A DNA stretch of 64,000 nt from Chrysomallon squamiferum (GCA_012295275.1 CM022677.1:22878001-22942000); one strand, 5' to 3'; positions 42,160 to 56,874 are shown, counted from the stretch's first letter. Notes: generated by a model from the sequence alone, not told the origin. Translations and numbers: made by a program.

Positions 42160-44477
42160 TCATTAAGAATTGAAACCATGACAACCATGTAAAGAGTCAA
42201 CTGCTGCTGCAGCTGCTGATAATGTCAGGATGATGGTGCTGTGTGTTGTGAGATCTACGTCTTCCTAATATACTTTCTTTGATGTTGCTGGTGCTTTCCC
42301 AGTCTTCCACAGAGAATTATTAATAATAATAGCATCAGTGTTTGCTTGATGTCAGTGGAACTTTTAGCCATATAATTATATCTGTGAAAAGAAGAAAATA
42401 ATTAATACAGTAATTCATTAGCATTAACTCATTCGAAATCAGAAAAAAAAACATTCTTCAATATAAATTTTTTTCAGTGAAATATTTTAATCTTATTTCT
42501 GTGAGATAATAAATTATAAAAAAATAATTAAAAAATATCAATAAATAACATAAAAAGAAAATAACAAAAAGAAAAAAACAGAAGAAAAGAAACTGAAATA
42601 AAATAAAGTATTTGATTGTTTTTATTAAAAAGCATAAGAAACTATATCACTTGAAACACTCCATTAAAGTACATTGAATAACTTGTAGTCAAAGCCTGTA
42701 TCATTTTCTTTTTTTAACTGACATGCACAAAAATTTAAATCTTGTTACAAAACACCAAAACTGTTATCAGTTTATATTAAAAAAACAATAACAAATAACT
42801 ATTTGAAAATATTAACTATATGAAAAATGTATATTAACAAACGGTATAAAATTAATATAGTTATTGATGAATACATTTATAGACACTCAAACCAATCCCA
42901 TAGATTTATTACTCACTGAGGTATTTCTGTAAATTTCTAACAATAAAAGTCTATGATCTATCAATCAGATGAAATTAGAAAGATAATCCTCTTATAAAAC
43001 TTCAAAAAATGTTTGTCATAATTTGAATAAAATCAAAAATAACAATAATAACAAACAATAATAAAATATTGTAGATTAACAAGAGTGGTGGATCATCCTG
43101 AATTGGTTTTAATCAATTATAAACACTACCTATGTCTTTTAACATTGTGATTAATTATAAAAACTACCTATGTCTTTTAACATTGTGATTAATTATAAAA
43201 ACTACCTATGTCTTTTAACATTGTGATTAATTAGAAAAACTACCTATGTCTTTTAACATTGTGATTAATTATAAAAACTACCTATGTCTTTTAACATTGT
43301 GATTAATTATAAAAACTACCTATGTCTTTTAACATTGTGATTAATTATAAAAACTAACTATGTCTTTTAACATTGTTATTAATTATAAAAACTACCTATA
43401 TCTTTTAACATTGGGCTTAATTTAAAAAACTACCTATGTCTTTTAACATTGTGATTAATTAGAAAAGAATAAAGAGGTTTTTTTTTCGTCACTGGAAATA
43501 AGAGTTATCTAACCTGAATATTCACCAGTTTCACTTCTCTGAGTTCTTTTTCCTGGCCGGTACTGTAAAACGTTTCTAAATAATAAAATAATAGTAATAA
43601 TAACAGTAACTATAAATCCATAACTTTTATGGAACTGGATTAGAAATAATTAGGAATTTAGTGAAATAACAAATAAGCATTAAGCACATACATTCTGGAG
43701 AGGTTTATGATTAATTTAAAAAATCCTGTTATATTATTTAGATTTATCAAAAATATTGTGTGACAAAATGATGGACCAGTGTAAAAAAATAAATCTATAG
43801 AAGTTTCAAAATGATTTTTGAAAATAATATTTTATATAAATAAATAAATAAATTTATATTAAAAAAAATAATAATAATAAATAAATAAATAAATAAATAA
43901 ATTAAAATAAATAAATTAATTAATTAAAAAAAAAATAAAGAAATAAAGAAAGAAATAAAAAAAAAAAAAAATAATGCAACAGATCGGTCGAAAAGGAAGG
44001 TCTTTTTTCCCCTCCGATTTCTTCGTTTTCTCCCTCCCTTTTACTTTTCCTTTTCTCTCGTCCGCCGAGTGGAGCCGAGCGGAGCCGAGCTGAGCTGAGA
44101 TCGGTTCCCATGGCATCGCTGAGAAGAAGGTTTGAAAACTGGGTCTCGGTACTCGCTACTGATGTCCATTTCACCTTAAACACTGCACACAAAAAATTAA
44201 AGAACCAATGACAATAACACATTACAGTCCCTCACCACGAAATACGAAACGCTGTTCACAACAACAACAACAACAGCCGCAGAAGCAGCAGCAGCACCGC
44301 CGCCACCACCACCACCACCAACAACAACAATAATCATGCTAATTTCATACAAAATGACTCCTGAACGCAGAATAACTACGAGACCCTTTCCGATAAAACA
44401 CCATTCTATTATTATCACTACAACAACAACAACAACAACAACTACTACTACTACTGTTACTACTACTACTACTGCTG

Positions 44478-44518
<41 letters not shown>

Positions 44519-44542
44519 ACTACTACCACTAATACCACTACC

Positions 44543-44583
<41 letters not shown>

Positions 44584-44761
44584 CACCACCACAACAACAA
44601 CAACAACAATGATAATGATAATTTCATACAAAATGACTTCTGAAACCACTGACAATAACACTTTACACTTGTTCACCACGGAAGGAGAAACGCTGTTCAC
44701 AACAGCAACGACTACAACAAACAACAACTACTACTACTGTTATTATTATTATTATTATTAA

Positions 44762-44797
<36 letters not shown>

Positions 44798-45041
44798 GAT
44801 TATTAAAGTTAAAATTAAAATACATTAATTATCGCGCCGTCGTGATCTGGCAATTCAATTTTACGTCGGAAGATACCTTATTCAAACCGGCATGCACGCG
44901 CACACGCACACATGCACACACACATACGCAGATACGTGAGAAGAGGGAGGGAGGGATCCGCGAAGAAATCAGTTTCAACGGAAAAGCGCTCGGATGAGTT
45001 TGGGAACGGTCTCTGTACTTGCTATCAATGTCAGTTTCGCA

Positions 45042-45115
<74 letters not shown>

Positions 45116-45132
45116 AATAATAATAATAATAA

Positions 45133-45163
<31 letters not shown>

Positions 45164-45190
45164 TAAATAAATAAATAATAATAATAATAA

Positions 45191-45221
<31 letters not shown>

Positions 45222-45260
45222 TAAATAAATAAATAATAATCATAATCATAATAATAATAA

Positions 45261-45311
<51 letters not shown>

Positions 45312-45450
45312 CTCCGGACTGATCAAACCCAAAGGCTTTTCCTTTCCTCTCGTTCGCCGAGTCGAGTGAAGGCGAAGCGATGTGACCCGACAAGAAGAAA
45401 TGAATGTTTACTTGTGTTATGGTGTGAAGTCAGTGTAGAAATAACGTGAT
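42160..45450 (-). ncRNA. Putative spliced lncRNA or small-ORF gene from a CpG-rich promoter region
   Basis: Candidate exons (minus): about 45450-45312 (GAG|GTATTA), 44182-44045, 43562-43514 (TTTTACAG|...CAG|GTTAGA) and 42381- (TTTTCACAG|). Only short ORFs result: about 59 aa from the ATG at 44169, and 38 aa at 42371-42255. CpG-rich at 43980-45680. Confidence 0.4.
43115..43461. repeat. 38-bp minisatellite, about 9 copies
   Basis: Unit AATTATAAAAACTACCTATGTCTTTTAACATTGTGATT, period 38. Confidence 0.95.
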
Positions 45451-46809
45451 ACTTAAACAAAAGTAATTAACATATGAAAAACTATTGTTGAACTGTTAGC
45501 CGTTGACCATCTTCGAATAAATATATTTTTTTCCTTCATTTTCTTCTTTCTTTTTTTTTTTTCAGTTACGGTGAGATTTTGGGAACGAGACAATGTTAGA
45601 GAAAAGAAACGATTTTCATAATTAATACAAATAAGGTACCGAACCATTTGCAAGGTTTGCTCCGGAGATAGCCCGGATTACAGGCTTATGTACTTAAAAC
45701 ATAAACTTTAAAAAAAAAAATAAAAAAACAAAATCACTTTCTTTGACATGCACAAATCAGCACACTTTTAAAGACAAATTTTAATTAATCCATTCAAGTT
45801 ATTAAAATAACTTTATGGAACACCATTTGTGAGAAACGGTATGAAAATTAAACGAGAAAAAAAGAACATGTTATTGTTTTTTCTTGTTTGTTTGTTTTGT
45901 GTTTTTTACTTTTTCGTTTTTTTTGTTGTTGATTTTTTTAATTTTTATTTTTTTATACAATAGAATCACAAATAAATACACTTCTTAATAAATTTCAATT
46001 TTAAACTCTATAATATATAATATGGAAAAAAATAATAATTTAAAAAATGTATATATATATATATATATATTATTTAACAGTTATCAGTACTTCAGTAGTA
46101 ATTTAGTAGTATAATACTTGCAGTTATCTACACTTCTACAGTCTGATTTGAAATGTATTTCTTTTATTTCTTTATTGATTTAATTTTTTCCGATAATAAC
46201 AAAAAAATAAAATTAAAAATAAAAATAAATTAATTAATTAATAAATTAATTAATTAATATACAGACAAAAAAACATGTATCTAAAGTTTCAAACATTCAT
46301 ATACAGACAAAAACACGAGGAGGGGAATGTTTTGGGGCTGTTACAGCGGATGTATAAACAAAAACATTATCAAGACAACAATAATGATCAATAAACACCA
46401 TTCCAATTAGAATTATTTTATTAAATTCTAAAAGGTCTTAAATTATATTTCTTAGAATTATCTATGATTTTAAATAAATAAGTAAGCAATCTAAGCTAAT
46501 TCACTTTTTTCTTGGGACAATTATTAGAAGCATGTGAAAAATATGATTGTTTTTCTTAATTAACAAGATTATCAAAAAAATTAAAAAAACAAAACAAAAA
46601 TTACATTTTAAACATTCAATTCCTCTATTATGAATGAAATATTACAAATATTTCTGAAAATTTTTTTTTAAAGTAAGCTCTCAACAGGTTAAATAATTGT
46701 TTTCAGTATGTTTTTATACTCTTTATTGACACATTGAATAATTATTAGCTATTAAAACTGTTTTACACACACACCCACACACGCACACACACACACACAT
46801 TAGAGATTA

Positions 46810-48026
46810 TCAAGCCTTTTCAGATAATCCAGGATTATCTTGCTGAATTCCTGACTCTATGCCTTCTTTCAATACTGGCTTTTTTCGTTTACGTTTCGTG
46901 CAAAGAAAATAATATATTAGAAAGTTAAATAAACACACACAGTATAATTTCTATGTTTAGTTATATCAAACATCTATAACATAAAAACTTACAGGTTTCT
47001 TTTATTATTATTATGTCTTTAACAATATCAAACTCAACAATTTTAATCTGTCCAAATTTAGAGAAATATGTATTAAAATGTCATAATAATATTAATAATA
47101 ACAACTATAATAATAATAAAAGATGATAAAATAATAATAATAATAAAAGAAAATATACAATTGTCGTTAGTAAAAACATTAAATATCTGTGTGTGTGTCT
47201 GTGTATGTGTGTGTGTGTTTTTGTGTGTGTGTGTGTGTGTGTTTGTGTGTGTAGATATATATAGAAAGAAAAAGAAACCTTTAGTCTTAAAGTTAATAAA
47301 TCAATAAGAAAATAGTTCACTCTTTTTCGTTTGGTTATCTAGCATATACTGAATAAATAAATAAAATAAAATAAAATAAAATAAAATAAAATAAAATAAA
47401 TAAAATGAAATACAGAAAGAAATAACTTACCTTTACAGGTTACAAAACAAGACTCATTAACGGATTTTGTGTTTTCTCTAATACAAACACGTCCCCTGGG
47501 TGACGGGGCCGGGTTGTCACAGTAACGTGTATGAGAGACTCCATGAACCTACTTCAGTTTCGTGCCATGAGCCCCATCCACCATGCACTAGGAAAACAAA
47601 AATAAAACATAAACAAAACCCATTATAAAGCGTTATATATCTATGTAAAGCATTACATATCATTATATATAATTATAATGCATATCGTTATATATCAGTA
47701 TAATCCATTACATATCATTATATATCGTTATAAAGCATTTCAAATCGTTATGTATCATTATAATGCATTAAATGCATTATATATAATTATAAAGCATTCA
47801 TTACATATCATTATGTATGATTATAAAGCATTACAAATCATTATATATAATTATAATTATCCTAAAGCAAAAACCCTATTTCTTTTCATTTTCTTTGTAT
47901 TCTTGTTATTAACATGTATGGTCATTATGATTAATATAAAAAGAAAAAAAAAAATACCAGGACATTCTTCTGTTGCAATACATTCCTCTTGGACTGTCTT
48001 TTCATTGGGTCCTTCACATGAGAAGC
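46810..48026 (-). pseudogene. Pseudogene of the TSR-transmembrane family (third tandem copy)
   Basis: 5'-truncated TSR exon about 48026-47958 (SCEGPNEKTVQEECIATEECP|GT). TSR exon 47587-47431 is 157 nt with a frameshifting deletion removing the CSxTCG motif (VHGGWGSWHETEVGS/VSHTRYCDNPAPSPRGRVC). Tail exon 46897-46810 (KRKRKKPVLKEGIESGIQQDNPGLSEKA*) has a mutated acceptor, TTTGCAC. Confidence 0.8.
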
Positions 48027-49268
48027 TTTTTTAACATTCGTTTATAAAATTTCATAAAGTTTAATCTAAGAATATTTAATTTTTAAAGAATAATTATATA
48101 AAACAGTTCAGTGCCTCAGTTCAATTATAATGATTAAAACGTTAAATGAAAAACAATTTATAACAACAACAACAACAAACACATTATTATTATAGATAGT
48201 TTTATCATTATTACTTCACCCACAACTTTTACAGTAACACAAACATTGCAAAAGCTTGGCTGCTTACAGTAATTGAGAAAGTTTAAACGACTTGAATATA
48301 AAATAAAATATAACATTTTAATATTTAATATTTACAGTAGGTACAAATAGCTCTACTGCCTCTATCGTGCTGTTATAATATCTTAATATGTCAATTTGTT
48401 GAGCAAATACATTTAAATGGCATTATAATTTTTTAAATGAATCACATTTATTTTAATGAAATATAACATTTTTTTCAATGGAAAAAGACATTTTCATGTC
48501 ATACTGAACGACGTTAATGTAAAATTAAAAAAAGAAATTTTTGATATCTTCATTAGTCACATAACTTTAAATTAATATATTTCCATATCTTATTAAATGA
48601 CATTCATTTGAACATATAGTCATTTTAACTTTAAATTAATATATTTCCATATCTTATTGATTCAGTTAAACAAAATAGGCATTTTAACGTCTTAGTAAAT
48701 GAATTAACTGATTGAACTATGTTATTTAAAGTATTAACGTATGACATTATTTTCATGAACTACGACATTACGTAGAATGAAATGAACATTTTAGTAATTA
48801 ATCAGTCACTTTTTAAAATAATAATAATAATAACAAATATAATATTTTAATCTGCTTTATTGATTAACATTAATTTAAATAAAATGTAACATTTTAATCT
48901 CTTAGTAAATGAATTAAGTTATATGCCAATGTTTTATTAAAACTGATATTAATTTAAAATGAAATATGACGTTTAAGTACCTTAGTAATGACATATTGTA
49001 ATGTCTTATATAGAACAACGTTACCTTAAATTAAATATAATTATTTAACTGTTATTGAATTAAACTAAAAATATGAACTTAATATTTCTAACGTCACTCT
49101 AAATTAAATGGAACATAACATTAATTTAAAAATAAATTATGACATTTTAATACGATAATGTGACATTAATTTAAATGCAAATATCACGTTTAATACCTTT
49201 CTTAAATGAAACAAGTAATTTCAATTGCACGTAAAAAATCTTTTAATTCGGACGTTGTTGATTCGTTA

Positions 49269-49410
49269 TTAGACATTTTCAGAAGAGCTGGCTATTCCTG
49301 GATTATACTGACCGATTGCCTGGGCGTTAAGTCTCTCAATCTTTCTAATTAAAGCTCTTTGTTTCAAACGTCGGCTGTAAATTAAACCAATACACACAAT
49401 TATATATAAC

Positions 49411-49502
<92 letters not shown>

Positions 49503-49905
49503 AAGATATAATAAACTAGTTTATTTTTGTGTATACGTAAGTCTTTATGTCAGTATGTGTATAGAAAATTTGAAAAAAAATAAAAATAATTAAAACAAAT
49601 TACCTATAAACAATCATAATATTCATTAAGATAACTAGAATCATGCCGATTCCCACTATTGACAGAATACTTTCTAGACTCAGTCCTTTTGCGCCGGTAT
49701 TGTGTTCTGGAATATTAAAAATAACAAACTAACAAACTAACTAACTAACTAACAAACTAACTAACTAAATTAAACTAACTAATACTACTACTACTACTAA
49801 TATTAATAGTAATAATAATAATAATAATAAACATAATAATCAAATAAATAAATAAGGAAATAAAAGAATACATACTGTAGATGCTTGGACAATATAATAA
49901 TAACA

Positions 49906-49945
<40 letters not shown>

Positions 49946-50335
49946 CATAAGCAAATACTTGGACAGGGAAAACTGCATATTTCAGCCACAGCTTTTACGT
50001 CATGACCAGGACACGTCACGTGGGCATTTGACTCGTCGATATTTTTGCACTGTCGAGAGAACGTCACCATCAACGTTCCACTTCCACATGTCAGACTGCA
50101 ACTACCAACAACGGCCACGTGCCATGACGTCCAGAATGGAACTCCTAAAACAAACAAATTACAAAAAAAACATATTTAAAAATACAAAAAATGCATTATC
50201 TCTTTTTATTTTATATTTTTGACAATTCTTTTTAATCTATATTTACTGTTGTTGTTGTTGTTGTTGATGTTTTTGTTGTGGTGGTTGTGGTTGCTGTTGT
50301 TATTATTGTTATTATTAGCAGTATTATTTTACCTG

Positions 50336-50396
<61 letters not shown>

Positions 50397-50540
50397 TGAT
50401 ACGTACTTACAAATTGATTAATGTAATTTGTATTGCTAATTCATGCATTGTTCTATTTATTAATCAGTTTCACGACTGTTAGTTACCACAACTAACACTA
50501 CTGCTAATACTGTTTATTATCATTACAACTACTATAACAA

Positions 50541-50571
<31 letters not shown>

Positions 50572-51632
50572 AATTACCAGGACATTTGTTTTCTGAGAAG
50601 CAATCCACAGTTGTAAATCTGCTGCTATCACCCAAACACTGTTTTCCACCGTACATTGGCAATGGGTCGTTGCATTTCCTGGTCTGTCCAAACATTTTCG
50701 TGCCCGGACCGTAACAAGAAACACTACACTCGCCTTCATCCACAGTCTTCCAAGAACCCCAGCCGCCATTCACTGCGTCTAAAACCAAAAATATACAAAT
50801 ACTTCTCACATATTTGACATCAAATCAAAATCTGACACGTTTGACATCGATATTAAATTAAAATCCGACACATTAGACATCTATATTAAATTAAAATCCA
50901 ACACATTAGACATGTACATTAAATTAAAATTTAACACATTCGACATCTATATTAAATCACAATCTGACACGTGTGACAACTATATGAAATTAATATCTCA
51001 TACCTTCGACATCTATATGAAATTAAATTAATATCTGACACACTGGAATCTATATCAAATTAAAATGTAACAATTCTACATCTATATCACATCAAAATAT
51101 AACACATTCGGTTATTATATAAGTTAACATATTCGACCACTGTATCAGATTGAAGTATAAAACACACGATCACTATATCAGATTAAAATCTAACGCATTC
51201 GACCCTTAAGTCATCTGTGTAAACATAAAACTTACTAATTGATATACAAATAAATTAAATTAAAATAGGTAAATAAATAAAATGAATAAAATAAACGAAA
51301 TAAGTATATACAGGACGAATGTATAAAAGAACAAATAAATAAACAAATAACACGACACCACATAACATAACATTAGAAACCCACACAAAACAAAACAACG
51401 AAAAATTAAAAAGATAGAAAGGTGCACGCACCTGGACATTGTTTAAAACAGACTTGTTGCACAAATCGTCTGCCGTTACCAGGACACGATCCCCCGTACT
51501 TAGGCGCAGGATCGTCACAGTCTCGCTTGTACGAAACAACCTCTGTTCCGTTACCACATGTTTTACTGCACTCACTCGTCAGCACGACGTGCCACGAACC
51601 CCACCCTCCGTCCACTGAAAATACAACAACAA

Positions 51633-51683
<51 letters not shown>

Positions 51684-51905
51684 TATAATAATAATAATAA
51701 TCACCATGATCATTATAAAATATATAAAATACTACTACTGTTAGTAAAAGAACTATTATTGTCATATATATGTATATATTTTCTATTATTAATGTTACGT
51801 TTTCTGCTACTGCTACTATTACTTCTACTGCTGTTGTAACCGTTTCCCTTGTATATAAGAAACAACAACAACAACAACAAGAACAATAAAAATAACAATA
51901 ATAAC

Positions 51906-51951
<46 letters not shown>

Positions 51952-52783
51952 GTACCCGGACATTTCCGATCAGAAATACATGAATATGTCTTGATAGTAT
52001 GCTTTTCACCAGGACATTTTTTTCCCTTATATTTAGGAGCTGGTCTGTTACACTCCCTCTGCTCAAAAACTCGATTTATTGTGGATCCGCCGCACGTTAA
52101 AGTACAAGCTTCTTCCTTGTACTTTAACCACGTTCCCCAAGCTCCATCTACTACAGTAAGAGGTAAAATAAATAATTAACAAACTGATCAACTAATAAGC
52201 CAGTCACTATTTATTTTATTTTACTTCGTTTTATTGTATTGTATAGTATTTTTGCTGGGTTTGTTTGTTTGTTTGTTTATTTCATTGTATTTTGTTTTTG
52301 TTTGTTTATTTATACATTTATTATTCATATTATTTATTTATTTATTTTACAGTTTTATCATTTATTTAATTTAATTTTTATTTTTATTGAATATATATAT
52401 TTATTTATATTAGTTACTTTTAAATCATACTTAGTGAGGTTCAGAAGTATGAAAAAGGAAAATATAATTAAACTAAATACATATAAAACGAATTTGAATA
52501 TAGTTTTAGACGGAAATGGAATGAAATGGAAATTAACTGAAATAAGTAGAACTGCCTCAACAGCAGTAAACGGTAAATTGAAATACTTGGACATTTGGGC
52601 AGAGGACAGTGAGTGACGTCTGTTTTCGAATCTCTGCCGTAGCAGGGTGAGCCATGGTTAACAGGCGAAGGATTGTCACAAAACCGCCGATACCGTTTAA
52701 CTCGTCTTTGAGACCCACATGTCTGCGTGCACAGACTATCAGCTATCACCCACCAACGACCCCACCCTCCATCACCTGGTTTA

Positions 52784-52815
<32 letters not shown>

Positions 52816-52832
52816 TAATAATAATAATATTG

Positions 52833-52879
<47 letters not shown>

Positions 52880-53349
52880 CATAAGCATAAGCATAGTAAT
52901 AATAATAATGATGATGATGATGATGATGATAATACTAATACTAGTAATTATGATAGTAATAATAATAATAATAATAATGCTGATAAAAAAAGAGTTAAGC
53001 TTAGTACAAAAAGTAAAAAAAAAAAAAAATCAAGATTTCATTCTTACGTGATAAAGAAATATTAATAATAGATATAAAAGAATTAATAATAATAATAATA
53101 TATATATATAAAAATAATAATAATAATAATAAATAAATAAATAAATAAATAAATAAACAGAGAGAAAAAAAGCAAAAAGTTTTATAATTAGAAATTAAAT
53201 AGAAACAAAGAAAATTTAATTAAAATACTGAAATCTACTTTACGTCTTTTAAAGAAATTGTCGATGTCTATTGGGACAGGAAGAAAGGATGAAGTGTGTG
53301 ATGGACTGACAAGCAGGACAAACAGACCTGCACTAAGCATGAACTTCAT
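49269..53349 (-). CDS. Single-pass membrane protein with five thrombospondin type-1 repeats (about 420 aa)
   Basis: Exons (minus): 53349-53244 signal (MKFMLSAGLFVLLVSPSHTS...). TSR exons 52775-52587, 52150-51956, 51614-51432, 50772(or 50778)-50578 and 50144-49959, all phase 1-1 with WxxW, CS/TxxC and RxC motifs. TM exon 49706-49604 (ILSIVGIGMILVILMNIMIVY). Tail 49374-49269 (SRRLKQRALIRKIERLNAQAIGQYNPGIASSSENV*). The frame is open throughout. Confidence 0.92.
50813..51205. repeat. Degenerate about 33-bp intronic tandem repeat
   Basis: Units like GACATCTATATTAAATTAAAATCCAACACATTA, roughly 11-12 copies. Confidence 0.75.
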
Positions 53350-55858
53350 TCCGCTCAACAAGGGATCTGACCAAACAAACACAAAAATCAAAACATTAAT
53401 AATAATAATAATGATGATGATGATGATGATGAATGATAATGATGGTGTTAATAATAAATAATAATAATAATAATGATGATGATGATAATAATAACAAAAA
53501 TTAATTAATAAAATTTAATTAAAAACGAAAAAGAAAAAAGTATTTTGTGAGATGAAGAAATAGTCATACATCCGTTTGTTGTGTGTGTGTGTGTGTGTGT
53601 GTGTATATACATATATATATATTCAAAAATAATAAAGAAAGAAAGAAAGACACAAAAAGGTTTGTTTTAATTCATTTTAAATGTGGAAAACATTTATGAA
53701 GTAACCACTATAGCATCGTTCATTTTGGCTTCATTCTTACCAAAGTTGTCTTTTACGTCTCATTCTGTTTGATCGTTAAGTTATAGGGAGCAAAATTTGG
53801 AAATAAATAAATAAATAAATAAATAGATAAATAAATAAATAATTAGCAAAAGGCTTACAGAATCATTAAGATTTTATTTCATATTTTTATTGTGTATTAT
53901 TAATTTCTATTTCATATATATATTTATTTTATAAACATCATCATAATAAATAAATAAATAAACAAAATTCAACTTTTATCTCACAAGTAAATTTATAATT
54001 CAAGGAAACGGTAGTCTTACTCCCCACCTACCTATGCCCCTGTATGGATGTTTGACAATGTATGAATGTATGTCCCTGTATGAATGTTTGAAATGTATGA
54101 ATGTATGTCCCTGTATGAATGTTTGACCTCTAACAACAAAAGTTAGTCAGCGATATAAAGCAACTGTCTTTTGTCACATAACTGAGGTGAAATAATCTTT
54201 AACAAGAAAATAAAAGACGTCATAAATTATTTCATTTATGACGTAAATATGGATTAAAAGTACTTAAAATAAAGTACAAAATATATAAATTCATATTACG
54301 TGATATTTGACATTATATGTATATTTGTTTTCACTAATACTATTCTACATTCTACCAGTTCGGATTAAAAGACTGAAAATTAGGGGGAAAAAATCATATT
54401 ATAACAATCCCACATTCTTCTTCTATCCTTCTTCTTCTTCTTTTTTTTTTTTATTTTTTTTTTATTTTTATTTCTCTGAAATAAATATTTCGTTCGAAAT
54501 ATAAAGGTGTATTTATGATTATAAACATATATTACTAATGCTATATTCTCAGATTAAATATAAACAGATATAACGAAGACTAAATAAAGAAGTTGATCAT
54601 TTGTCGTCTGCTATTTTTATAATGTTTCTTTCTTTATGTAAAGCTTTGTAAAAGATCTGTTTTGTAATGATGTACTTACACTTAAATGGAATAAACTTAG
54701 TAAAAAAAATTAATGGCACCGAACAGAAAATAATGAATATAATTATTTCCAAAATAATACATTAATAATTTCAGGATATTTGAAAAAGAGGCTATGACGA
54801 GACCATACCGAACAATCAACGACCACGGCGTAAAGCAAAATGTAGATTGTTTATGTCTTACAATTTACAACTTAGTAGTAAGTTTATCAACAGTTTAGCA
54901 TTTAATCACAAGAATATCAAAAGTAAATCTATAATAAATTAAAATCGTGGGATTCAGGTTGATTCAAATGAGAAAACTTTTTTTTAGTAATGTAATTGCG
55001 CCAAACTGTATTTACACGATTCTGACAAGTTGAAAAACACGAACAAAAATTCCAACAATTTCTCAGTAAACACACACATTATATTATAATCTTTTTGTGC
55101 TATTTATTTCTATTTACTTATTTAGTTATTTATAAGATTATAATTGTTTTTCATGTTTTTCTTTTAAAATGTTTTAACACTATCGCCATCACCACAAACA
55201 ACAGCAACACAACAACAATAATATATAAACAAATCACACACACACACGCACATATATTTAATAATATGAACCCTATACTGTGCATGAAATAAAAACAATT
55301 AAAACAAGCATTACAGAGTGTCATCTTTGTTTATATTTTTAAGAAGTAAGATAAAATGAGATAGATGAAAGAGCCATGTCTTATAATAATAATAATAATA
55401 ATAATAAGAAGAATATTGTCTATTTTCCTTTCTTTCTTTCTTTATTTTATTTGTTAATTTACAAATCCTGCTTACATTTAGAATTTAGAACACTGTTTCT
55501 AAAAACACTATTTTTCATAATTATAGATTTTGTTTCAAAATCCACATAACAATCTTTATAATTAACAAAAAAAACTGTTTTTTCACAATATGTACGATGT
55601 TTTATTGAAACATAACTTAGTTTTATATTGCTTTTTACTGAACACAGTTAGATTCACTAATTGATAAACATGCAGAATAATTACTCAAAAATGTCAGAAA
55701 ATCACCACATTCAAATACTCAAACTCTCCATCAAATGATCATTTCTGAAATCTGGATCCAACTATACATATTATATGTATATGAGTATGTGTTTCTATGG
55801 CACATATTATTCTTTCATACATACAGTCAATGTGTTTTTTATGTGTGAATTGTGTGTG

Positions 55859-56124
55859 TTATACATGTTCAGGAGTCACTATTAAAGTAGGGTTGTCGTG
55901 TCCAGTCATGGTGGTTTGATCTGACCTCTGTGTTATTCTGTGTCTGCAATTTCAACAACATTTTAAAATAAACAGAAGTTCTTCAAAGAACTGATTAAAA
56001 AAAATAATAATAATAGTAAAATAATAATAAATAAAACAAATAAGAATAAAATAAAAATAAAATAATAATAATAATAAAATAATCATAAAAATAATAATAA
56101 TGATAATAATAAAATAATCATAAA

Positions 56125-56165
<41 letters not shown>

Positions 56166-56662
56166 TAATAATAATAATCATAATAATACTAATAATAATA
56201 GTAATAATAACAATACAAGACAGCTTTGCCTTACACATCTATAACATAGTAAATGTATGTTTTTGATTGCATGTAGGTGTTTGATATTTGAAAACTGATG
56301 TCTCTATCTGACTGTTTCAATAATATATTTTTTTTTACCTATATAGGAGATAGGCAGTCACCAAAATAAGAAAGAACAAAACAGATGCTAGCATCAACAG
56401 TACGATATCAATAGTTTTATTTATTTCTTTAAAACTATATTCTGAAAAAAAAAAAAAAAAAAAAGGTTAATAAATAAATAAATAAATAAATAATGTTCAA
56501 ATTATCAAAATAGATTGAAACAAATCCCAGTAAATATAAAAGACAAAAGGACAAAAAGAACATTATGTTTAGAAAAGTAAATGAAAAAAGATAAATTAAT
56601 GAAACATTTAAAACATACATTTTTTTTCAGGACTTATAATTATTACTTTATGTTTTATAATA

Positions 56663-56699
<37 letters not shown>

Positions 56700-56839
56700 G
56701 TAATAAAAATAATAATAATAATGACGATCATGAGAAGAAGAAGAAGAGTAATAATGAATTAATTATTAAGGAATATCAATAAAATAATAATAACAACAAC
56801 AACAACAATAATAATGATAATAACAACAACAACAACAAC

Positions 56840-56874
<35 letters not shown>

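Noticed and set aside
43115-43461. 38-bp repeat array with CRISPR-like unit length
   Set aside because: Units are head-to-tail with no unique spacers, there are no cas genes, and the context is eukaryotic.
44197-44761. Long poly-Val and poly-Thr (mucin-like) ORFs of 176 and 141 aa
   Set aside because: They are translations of (ACA/ACT/GCT/ACC)n trinucleotide tracts open on both strands, with no signal peptide and no splice connection to a coding frame.
44830-45030. 7SK-like GATCTGGC or other structured Pol III RNA, and a telomerase RNA template
   Set aside because: Only a single 8-nt match, no paired second GATC stem, no clear terminator, and no CTAACCCTAA template seen on either strand.
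46823-46839. Perfect inverted repeat GATAATCC-A-GGATTATC
   Set aside because: It falls within the pseudogene tail exon (codons for DNPGLS) and is explained as a coding coincidence.
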